From: Octopus bimaculoides
Taxonomy: Eukaryota
Assembly: GCF_001194135.2 (NCBI RefSeq)
Contig: NC_068992.1
Location: 66,323,655-66,387,654, forward strand
DNA length: 64,000 bases
Direction of reading: 5' to 3'
The notes below the pieces were generated by a model. That model saw nothing but the letters and a program-made list of their open reading frames with translations. It was not told the origin of the DNA and made no database searches. This document shows positions 11,764 through 21,930 of the stretch, one piece after another. Every line of letters starts with the position of its first letter. Within the stretch, counting starts at the first letter, position 1. Made by a program: the position numbers and the translations under genes.

Positions 11764-12868
11764 GGGCAACTGATATCTAGGACAACTCATAACAGGTATA
11801 AAGTGATAAAGATTTAATTTGTGTGTGTGCAGTTATTTTATTGATTTTTCTTTCAAAATTAAATCTTTATCACTTTATACCTGTTATGAGTTGTCCTAAA
11901 TGTCAATTGTCCAGGTATGAGTTGTCCTGGCACGATTTTGCCAAAAGCAGAAATTTCTACAAATATGTTATTGCCAAAAAACGGTGATTTAGCTGCTATT
12001 TCTAGCAGAAATTTCCCCAAATATGATTTTGTCAAAAGCAGAAATTTCACCAAATATGATTTTGCCAAAAACGGTGATTTAGCTGCTATTTCTAGCAGAA
12101 ATTTCTCCAAATATGATTTTGCCAAAAACGGTGATTTAGCTGCAGTAAAAGCTAAGAACACATGCAGAAAAAGCTAAAACACCTGCAGGAAAGCTAAGAA
12201 CACCTGCAGAAAAAAGCTAAGAACACCTGCAGAAAAAGCTAAAACATGATATTGCCAAAAGCAGAAATTTCACCAATTTTGCCAAAAACGGCGATTTAGC
12301 TTCTATTTCTAGCAGAAATTTCGCCAAATATTTTATCAAAGGCAGGAATTTCTCCAACTATGATTTTGCCAAAAACGGTGATTTAGCTGCTATTTCTAGC
12401 AGAAATTTCGCCAAATATGATTTTGCCAAAAGCAGAAATTTCTACAAATATGTTATTGCCAAAAACGGTGATTTAGCTGCTATTTCTAGCAGAAATTTCC
12501 CCAAATATCATTTTGTCAAAAGCAGAAATTTCACCAAATATGATTTTGCCAAAAACGGTGATTTAGCTGCTATAGCAAAATTTAGTCATCACTAAGTGTG
12601 CTACAATCACAAATTTTGCTAGAAATAAGAGTTAAACCACTTCGTATAAGCAAAATTTAGTCGTCACTAAGTGTGCTACAATCACAAATTTTGCTAGAAA
12701 TAAGAGTTAAACCACTTCGTATAAGCAAAATTTAGTCGTCACTAATTGTGCTACAATCACAAATTTTGCTAGAAATAAGAGTTAAACCACTTCGTATAAG
12801 CAAAATTTAGTCGTCACTAATTGTGCTACAAGCGCCAAATTTTGCTAGAAATAAGAGTTAAACCACTT
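11764..12868. repeat. Composite satellite block: terminal inverted repeat plus three nested tandem arrays
   Basis: Perfect 43-bp IR (11778-11820 / 11856-11898). Mixed ~31/55-bp units 11934-12572. ~21-23-bp unit x5 at 12141-12246. 75-bp unit x~4 starting at 12574, 12649, 12724, 12799. Confidence 0.92.
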
Positions 12869-13868
12869 ATAGCTACATAAGAACACACACACATATATAA
12901 CCTGGCCAATGTGAAATATTACCTTTTTTGGAAACAGATAAGGGTTGTTGTGAGGAAGAGTATCCAGCAATAGAAAATCTGCTTCAATAAATTCCATTCG
13001 ATTGATGCAAGCATAGAAAAGTGAATGTTAAGATGATGATGATCATCATCATCATCTGTTTTCCATGCTGGTATGGATTGGACAGTTTGATCAAAGCTGA
13101 CAAACTGGACAACTGCACTAGGTTCCAGTTTGATTTGGCTTGGTTTCTACAGCTGGATACTTTTCCTAACATGCCAACCACTGCATGAACACTTTTACAT
13201 GGCACTTTCACATGATTCTTGCAGGCCAGTTTTGTATATTCCAAGTTAGGATTTCTGCAGAAGCAATACGCATGCACCGGGTGACTTGGAATCGTTCTCC
13301 TGCCTGATGGAACAATTATATCATCAGTCATGGCATTCTACCGTTGTGGTGATGACGAACGGAGATTCGGCTTTGTCTTGGCTCACATATCTATTATTAA
13401 ATACACACAACTAGATTCATTTCCTATTCTATTTATTAGTTTTGTTTTAAACCAAATTTATAGAAATCACTGTTTCAGTTCTGTTGATCTTGGTTTAGTT
13501 TATTTTGATTAAAAAATTAATCAAAACCACATGGTTCCAGGTTCAGTCCCACTTTGTAACATCTTAAGCAAGTGCTTCCTTCCATAGTCAAAGGTTGATC
13601 AAAGCATTGTGAGTGGATTTTGTAGGTGGAAACTGAAAGAAGCAAGTCACATACAGTAAGCCCTTGATTACTGCAGGTGTTAAATTCCAAAATCCCCCAC
13701 GATATGTGAAAATCCACAAAGTAGAAACCGTACTGTATATATTTTTGTAAATTATTTTTACAAATTGTATTCATTTGTTTTATTATAAATGCAAAACACG
13801 ACAGAGGAATTGATGTAAGCTTAAGTAATCAGCTGCGATAGGTGAACCATGATATAGTGAGGGATTAC

Positions 13869-13902
<34 letters not shown>

Positions 13903-15157
13903 NNNNNNNNNNNNNNNNNNNNNNNNNNNNNNNNNNNNNNNNNNNNNNNNNNNNNNNNNNNNNNNNNNNNNNNNNNNNNNNNNNNNNNNNNNNNNNNNNN
14001 NTATAATCGTGCATACATGTATGTTTGTGTCTGTTTGTCCCCCACTACTGCTTGACAACCAGTGTTGTGTTTATGGCCCTGTAGCTTAGCAGTTCAGTAA
14101 AAGAGATCGATAGAATAAGTATCTGGTTTTTTAAAAAAATACCAAAATCGATTAAAATTCTTCAAGGTGGTGCCCCAGCATGGCCATAGTCTAATGACTG
14201 AAACAAGTAAAAGATAGAAGATAAATAAAAAATATAATAAATTTAAAGAAATAATAATATAATTTTATGAAATTTAATGAGACATTGCACCAGTTCTTTT
14301 GCCATTTTCTGCAGAGTCAGACCTTTTTATGTAATTTTGTCTTAACATTCATGAACCAATTGAAAAGAATTCTACAACAAAGTCTGGAACTTCAATTTGG
14401 GACATCCAATAGGTGTTAGGCTATTCCTTTCTTTCACCATGGTGGGTTATATTTACAGCTGTTCAAAGTAAACAGTGTAATTAGTGTTTTGAATTCTTGC
14501 ACAAAGTTCTATTACAAAAGAGTTTCTTTTTTCATGGTTTTAAAAGGTTGCCTTCCTTAAACTGTAAACAAGGAGTTTTAGTCTCACAACAGAATATATT
14601 ACGAATAAGTTTGATATAGATTCCTCATTTATTTCTCAGTGCACACAAAGTATAACAAACTTTAGCAGAGATTAAAATAAATAAATCATCATCGTCATCA
14701 TTTAACATCCGCTTTCCATGCTGGTATGGGTTGGACGGTTTGACTGAGGACTGGTGAGCCAGAAGGCTGTACCAGGCTCAGTCTGTTCTGGCAAAGTTTC
14801 TACAGCTGGATGCCCTTCCTAACGCCAACCACTCCGAGAGTGTAGTGGGTGCTTTTACATGCCACTGGCACAAGGGCCAGTCAGGTGGTTCTAGCAACGA
14901 CCATGCTCAAAAGTTGTTTTTTAATGAGTGAATGAATGTAAGTTGATTGCAGTTTACTGATTCAAAGGGAATCTTAGACTCACAGGTTGCATGGCAAATT
15001 AACAAGTGTTACTGCCATAGAAAAAAAAAACCCCAGCTGAAGAAACCATGCCAAAGCGGAAACTGAAGCACAATGCAATCTTTGGATGCTGTCAAAATCT
15101 GTGACCCATGCAAACATGCAAAATGAACGTTAAAAGATGAAGATGTGTGTGTGTTTA

Positions 15158-15439
15158 GGTATGGTTGTGTGGTAAGAAGCTTGCTTCCCAGCTACATGGT
15201 TCCGAGTTCAGTCCCACTGCATTGCCATGTGTGTGCTTGTTCCCCACCCCACCACTGCTTGACAACTGGTGTTGGTGTGTTTACATCCCTGTAACTTAGT
15301 GGTTTGGCAAAAATTACCAATAGAATATTACCAGGCTTAAAAAAAAATGTACAGGGGTTGATTTATTCAACTAAAAATTCATCAAGGCAGTGCCCCGGCA
15401 TGGCTGCAGCCTAATGACTGAAACAAGTAAAGGATAAAA
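15158..15439 (+). mobile_element. tRNA-headed SINE (family ggcatggctgtgtggtaagaagcttgcttccca...actgaaacaagtaaaagataa)
   Basis: B-box gagttcagtccc. Other copies at ~13540-13660, 14030-14220, 15689-15819(-), 16145-16460, 32375-32545, 44066-44230, 49010-49320, 49970-50100(-), 50600-50750, 62965-63415. Confidence 0.8.
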
Positions 15440-16483
15440 TATATATATATATATGGCCTCTTGGAGCTAATTCACGGTAGCATTCGTCCTAATTTTGGGA
15501 CTGCCATGTTGGCTTGGCGATAACTATTAATTTCCAGTACTGCTGCCGTAGTCTCCTTTAGAGAGACTTAGAAATATTAATAACTCTATTTACATATATA
15601 TATATATATAAATATATTTTTTTTCCCTCTCACTCTCTGGGAGAGAGGCACAAGCACATACACAGACATATACACACACGGCAGTAACTTCCGCCTACCA
15701 AATTCAATCACAAAGCTTCGGTCGGCTCAGGGCTATAGCAGAAGACACTTGCCCAAGGTGCCACGCGGTGGGACTGAACCTGAAACCATGTAGCTGGGAA
15801 GCAAGCTTCCTAAGCACCAAAAAATTTGATATCATTTCGCAATCTAATAACTTTGCCAGTTCTCATTCAAATGACTTCAAATGACTTCTTACAAAAATCC
15901 AGAGCTGATGCAAGGGAGATAACAATTAAGATGCGTTACCTCTTGTAAGCTCTATATTTATTTTGAAATCCCATTTACACTTGTGTAACCTTGTGTATTC
16001 TCATTCAAAATGGAAACAAGTACCAACACTTCCATGTGGCATGCTTGAATAATTGTGAAGCTCTCTCCTCATGAAACCATTGGTTGCCTTCTTAACTCAC
16101 AAATAAAGAATATTCTCATTGTTCAGTTTTAGAATTTAGATGAAGTTGCGGCTGTGTGTTAAGAAATTTTTTTCCAAATCACAAAATCTTAGTCTCAGAG
16201 TCACTGCATGCACCTTGGGCAAGTGTCTTCTACTATAGCCCTGGGCCAAACCAAATCCTTGTGAGAGGATTTAGTAGATGAAAACTAAAAGAAGCCCATC
16301 ATATGTATATACATTAATGTGTACATGTCTTTGTGTCAGTGTTTGTCCTCCACCACAAATTGACAACTATTGTTGGTGTGCTTATATCCCTGTAACTTAG
16401 CGGTTTGGCAATAGAGACTGACAGAATAAGTGCCAGACTTAAAAGGAAATAAGTAAGGGGTTAATTAATTTGACTAAAATTCC

Positions 16484-16930
16484 TCAAAATAGTCTAAGGG
16501 TATCCGGACAACTGACAAGAGACAGACAATTGCAATCTCTTTCATTAAATCTTGCTATTTTTTCCCTTTTAGGTGAAGGTTGATGTCCTGCCAGCATCTG
16601 GTTGATGGTTGTGTCGTTAAGTGCTTTTTCCATTTTCAATACCTGAAGAAAACACCAGATATTTGGATGACTTGATGTTATATTCGCCTGTAAATGGTTA
16701 TGCCATACCTCCAAGGAATTAATTTTTCGTGGCAAATCATTGCATCCATGGCCATATATGTTCTACATACAAATAAGAAAGAGTGGGCTGCCTCTGTTAC
16801 ACCGTCCTATTCTACCGATATAAGCATCTTCATAGTAATCAATTACTGGATCTGCTTCATGACACAAATTTTCTTGTAATTGCTCAAATGCTGTTACAAC
16901 ACTGTCTGCTGGCACAAAAGCCAAGGCCTT
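16484..16930 (-). pseudogene. Mutator-like (MULE) transposase C-terminal relic
   Basis: Minus-strand translation KALAFVPADSVVTAFEQLQ...DYYEDAYIGR...PLFLICM*NIY...LPRKINSLEVWHNHLQANITSSHPNIWCFLQVLKMEK resembles the MULE motif LAFVP...DYFEDTYIG...TNNxxEGWH...HPNIWKF; one in-frame stop. Confidence 0.75.
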
Positions 16931-17490
16931 TTGGCACCTGGTGGTTCTTTACTTCAGCAAACTGAGGAAAAATACAATTTTTGAGTACAGGAAGATTCAC
17001 CGAAATCACAGATAAAGTGAAAGTGTCTGTCGGGCAATTGCTTGTCGGGTCGTCAGTAGCTTCACTACCGGTGTTATCTGCATGCAGTCCACCCTAAAAG
17101 CATGTCCAGGTTCCTGAACATCTTGACATGTTATATGATATTTGTAAACAAAAGGCTCATTTCAATGTCATTTGCTTCCACTTCTACATGTTATCAATGT
17201 TGGACCTTTTGTCGTTTGATAGACTGGGAGGAAATTACAAAACTTGGAAACAGGTAGAGATTGGTGGCAGGAAAGGCATCCAACTGCCGAAAACTCTGCC
17301 CAAATACTCTTGTCTGATCCTTGCAAGCATGGAAAAATAAACATTAAACCAACAATGACAATGAGGAATGTGTGTGACCATTCTAGTTATGTAGACATGG
17401 TTTAACAAAGATTATATTCCAGTTCTGTGATTTTTGATTAATTTGGGTTTGTCTGTGATTTGAAGTGCTACTATGACAGAATTACCATTT

Positions 17491-18150
17491 TTAACCTGTG
17501 TGAACCCGTCTGTGAGAAGTTAAACCCCCAGTTTGAGTAAAAGATACACCACAGATATCACAATGGTAAGGTTTCTCCCCAGTATGAATACGTTTATGGA
17601 CAAGCATACTACTTTTGTTTACAAATGTTTTGCCACAGACATCGCAAGGGTAGGGCTTCTGACCTGTATGAATTCGTTTGTGAACGAGCATACCACTTTT
17701 GTTTGAGAACGTCTTGCCACAGACGTCACAGGGGTAAGGTTTCTCACCTGTATGAATACGTTTGTGCTGGAGCATACCACCTTTCTGTGAAAATGATTTG
17801 CCACAAATATCACAAGAGAAGGGTTTTTCACCTGTATGACTGCGTGTGTGTACAATCATACCACCTTTCTGGGAGAATGTTTTGCCACAGATATCACAGT
17901 GGTATGGTTTCTCATCTACATGACTATGTTTATGTCCAAGCATACCATCTTTGTTTGAGAACGTCTTACCAGAAATATCACAGGAAGAGCTCTGTGAATT
18001 TGTGTTTTTTAACTTACGTTCAGTGACATGACTAGATTTATCAACACAATTTAATTTCTTCCTTGTATTGATGCATCGTTCATCAGATAAACCAATATTC
18101 TCAGAGAGTTTTTCACCTTTAACTTGGCCCTCACACTGTTTATCTTCCAT
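17491..18150 (-). CDS. C2H2 zinc-finger protein, 219 aa, 5 intact + 1 degenerate finger, single coding exon
   Basis: ORF with CxxC...HxxxH fingers joined by TGEKP/TGQKP linkers. In-frame TGA 8 codons upstream of the ATG fixes the start. No KRAB/BTB domain seen. Confidence 0.92.
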   Translation of the reverse strand: MEDKQCEGQVKGEKLSENIGLSDERCINTRKKLNCVDKSSHVTERKLKNTNSQSSSCDISGKTFSNKDGMLGHKHSHVDEKPYHCDICGKTFSQKGGMIVHTRSHTGEKPFSCDICGKSFSQKGGMLQHKRIHTGEKPYPCDVCGKTFSNKSGMLVHKRIHTGQKPYPCDVCGKTFVNKSSMLVHKRIHTGEKPYHCDICGVSFTQTGGLTSHRRVHTG

Positions 18151-18835
18151 AATTCCTTTCTGACCAATATTTCAATTCCAAAACTCAAACACTACAAAAT
18201 TATAATTAAAGTATAATTTTAAATTTCTCCAGTTTTAACCACCACCACTCAGCCAGCCAATATATTTCCAATCAATTAAACAATAGCTCTTAATTGTAAA
18301 TCAAATATTTTCCAGTAATTGAACAAGAGTTACAGAAATATTGCCAAAATCATTCTTGATAATGTCCTTCTTTAGTTCTTAAAATTTCATATTTGTTTAA
18401 AGAATCTTGGAGCAGTTCTTGACTCAGATTCACCAGAAAACCTGGAAAAACAATAAAAAAAAAGACAACAGTGAAAAGATAAGAGAGACAGAGATATCAA
18501 CATAGTGGAGGTTATTTAAGGGAAGGAACAATGAACGCTGGTGTTATATCTGATTTAAAGCTCAATTCAATCTGCTCCAATCATCTTCAGATAGTGAATT
18601 ATATTTTCCTGAAACTATTTATTCTTATTGTTTATTTCCCATTATTAGTAATGCACTGACAAACCTCAAAATACTTTGACTTCAGTCTATAAACAACCAT
18701 ATCTTTTCTTGTTTCACAGTGTTCTATGACAATATAATATAGGAGAATTGTCTTCCACCAGTCATTTATGGACAAACTATAATTTTCGAACCTCCTGCAT
18801 CATTGAAGTATTGGATGAAGTCTGAAAACGAATAC

Positions 18836-18921
18836 TTGACTATTGTTCCAGCAGCTCAGTCTCGCCATCCCTTGCAACAACACCAATACTTAGTGTATAA
18901 TTGAGGGAGTGCGCATGCGCT
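18836..18921 (-). promoter_or_regulatory. Putative promoter / non-coding first exon of the ZNF gene with NRF1-type motif
   Basis: TGCGCATGCGCT at 18910-18921 (NRF1 consensus TGCGCATGCGCA). Minus-strand donor aag|gtattc at 18836/18835. Minus-strand acceptors ttttttccag| at 18442 and ttttgtag| at 18192. Locally CpG-richer. Confidence 0.5.
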
Positions 18922-20553
18922 TACTAATTTACTCCTTTTACCCTCATTTCATTACTGTTATTAACTTCAATAAATTGTGTAGAACTGTGGTTCTTCTGAA
19001 TTTTAATTCCAAATGAAATAGATTCGAATCGTGTCTGAATGAAGCAACGATCGCAACTAATGGTTGGTCGGCGATTCTATACCGAGACTAAAAGAATGAA
19101 GAATAGAAACACGAAATCATTGCATTTTCTGCCGAAATAATATCACCTCAACAATTACGTTAGCCTGTACATGCGTGGCTAGTAATGTTTTGAAAATATA
19201 AAATTAACAAAGATAATGTTTGGTGGAATACAGCTGAGACGTGAGAACAATGTCCTTGTCTAAGACAAGAAGTTTATTATTTGCTGTAATATTTTAATGC
19301 TTCCAGTTTACGGTGGTAAATGATCACCGAATGACAGGTATTGGGTGCACAGCGTATCTTAAGATAATCTTGACGGTCATTTTTGGAAACAAAACTGATT
19401 CGATGTTTAATTCCTTCATTATGTAAAACTTTATATTCCACACAGACAACGAATTCTCCAAAATCTTTACCAAAATTTTCTCATTAAATTTAATTCTCTC
19501 TCTCACTCACTCTCACAAACACGAGATACTCAACCAAATAGGAAAAAGACATCTGTTATGTCTACAATCATAGATACCCTGAAGAAGATGGAAAGACAAA
19601 ATCTGGTCACCGGAATTAAGGGTACCTTAACACTATTAACCAACACCCAAACTTTTGACTAAACAATACAAAACAACGACAAAGATAAGAGGATATCGAG
19701 GTAAAAGTGGAGATATTTGCCCGTCCATTTCCACAGACATCAATCCAACATATGAAATAAGATGGATCTAACAGAATTAATAGACAGAATGGTACTTACA
19801 TAAACAATGTGGAACCAATTTGAAAATATAAGAGGAGGAGGTGATGGTGCCCCACTGAAATGGTCAGAGGTGTCACAATTAATGTCCAATTATCTCAATT
19901 AACCAATGCCGTGTCTATTATTTCTATTAGTCACAGTTTCAATATTGACCAAACTCTCTCGTGCTAAACAACAACATTTACGGAGGAGCACCAAGAAGGA
20001 AACGGATTTTGGTGGACTGAGACACTGCAATTAACTGGAATGTCTCTCCATGAGGATGTGCCAACCTTCCTTACATCAACGCATGTCATAAAGAGCCGTA
20101 AATAAATATGCATCTCTCCTTAATTAGGTTTTAATGAATCTAAAGTTAATTAGTTTCCTTAATTCAAAAACGTAAACACTGACGACCGCCTACAACGGAA
20201 CTAGAACTCTTTTATTACAACGGAAGCAGAACTCTTTAATTATTGACATAATTTATTCATCGTTAATTATTCATTTTGGGAGCATAAAAAAAAAAGAATT
20301 AATTAATTTTCAATAATCCAGTCTGTTTTTTTTTTTTTTTTCCCATCAGTTTCTGTCATTTAAACTGCGCCAATGCTCAATGGTTTCGTCGACCAAAATG
20401 ATCCCAGTGTTGTTTTTATTAATATATTAATTTTACTATTTACGAAACTAAACACTAAAAAAACAAACAGAAATGAAAATAAAACTAAAAGAAAATCGGC
20501 AAATAAATAATGAAAATAGAGGTGCGGGTTAACCTCCAATGTTTGACCCGAGC

Positions 20554-20793
20554 AAAAAAATGGGGAACAAAAAGTGTAATAGGTGTAAAACAACATGTAG
20601 TTAACGAATATGGAAAAAAAAAAAATGCGCACTGGCGAACGGGAGTGGGTGGGGAGCGGAGTCGGAAAATTCACATCGGGAATGTTCCGAAGCCTCTCAC
20701 CACTTCCCTGTTCGTCGGCGCAATTGTTTCTCTTCATATTCGTTTACTACACATTATTTTACACCAAGTACACTATGTTTTTTTCCAGTTTTT
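20554..20793. repeat. Old imperfect ~240-bp palindrome (MITE-like)
   Basis: ggtgtaaaacaacatgtagttaacgaatatgg...tgcgc...tcggaa is mirrored by ttccga...gcgca...catattcgtttactacacattattttacacc around a short loop at ~20668-20684. Confidence 0.75.
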
Positions 20794-21407
20794 GTGATGG
20801 AGGGTGGGTGGAGTGCGGATTCAGATAATTCCCACGATCCAGTAACNNNNNNNNNNNNNNNNNNNNNNNNNNNNNNNNNNNNNNNNNNNNNNNNNNNNNN
20901 NNNNNNNNNNNNNNNNNNNNNNNNNNNNNNNNNNNNNNNNNNNNNNNNNNNNNNNNNNNNNNNNNNNNNNNNNNNNNNNNNNNNNNNNNNNNNNNNNNNN
21001 NNNNNNNNNNNNNNNNNNNNNNNNNNNNNNNNNNNNNNNNNNNNNNNNNNNNNNNNNNNNNNNNNNNNNNNNNNNNNNNNNNNNNNNNNNNNNNNNNNNN
21101 NNNNNNNNNNNNNNNNNNNNNNNNNNNNNNNNNNNNNNNNNNNNNNNNNNNNNNNNNNNNNNNNNNNNNNNNNNNNNNNNNNNNNNNNNNNNNNNNNNNN
21201 NNNNNNNNNNNNNNNNNNNNNNNNNNNNNNNNNNNNNNNNNNNNNNNNNNNNNNNNNNNNNNNNNNNNNNNNNNNNNNNNNNNNNNNNNNNNNNNNNNNN
21301 NNNNNNNNNNNNNNNNNNNNNNNNNNNNNNNNNNNNNNNNNNNNNNNNNNAAGAAGTAGCCATATATTTGTGTGTGTGTATACATACATATCAAAATAAG
21401 GATATCC

Positions 21408-21928
21408 AGAGGTAATGCAGTACGGTCGTTTCAAGAAACTCCATTTAATTGAACAATGCAATCATTACATCAATTTAAATGCAGAGCAATCCTCAGCTGC
21501 ATAAAGACATAGAATTTAATTAAATTAAAACAGATGGACACAGTAGAATTTTACCTAAAATCTCCAAGAAGATAAGGAGATAGACAAAGAACATGCTGTC
21601 TTCACTTCAGCTTAGAAGCTACTAAGATATCAGGAAGAAAGACTTGTTACAAATTTTGCTAGTCACTGTTTTATGGGGTCAGTTTTAATTTATAGACTAG
21701 TTTATCAAATCTTTGTATATGTGAGGCTTGAAGTGAAGACAGCATGTTCTTTGTCTATCTTCTTACTTTCTTGGAGATTTTAGGTAAAATTCTACTAACG
21801 TGTCCATCTGTTTTAATTTAATTCTATGTCTTTATGCAGCTGAGGATTGCTCTGCATTTAAATTGATGTAATGATTGCATTGTTCAATTAAATAGAGTTG
21901 CTTGAAACGATTGTACTGCCTTACCTCT
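21408..21928. mobile_element. Fold-back element with ~200-bp inverted arms
   Basis: Arms 21408-21609 and 21729-21928 are reverse complements with about 8 substitutions and two small indels; 119-bp spacer; no clear TSD. Confidence 0.85.
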
Positions 21929-21930
21929 TT

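Noticed and set aside
11859-12177. ORFs of 100 aa (-) and 86 aa (+) with repeated peptides
   Set aside because: They lie in the satellite; unit lengths are not consistent multiples of three and there are no splice signals or domain similarity.
12574-12868. 75-bp tandem units with internal palindromes as a CRISPR array
   Set aside because: Whole units are near-identical with no unique spacers, no cas genes, and the context is eukaryotic.
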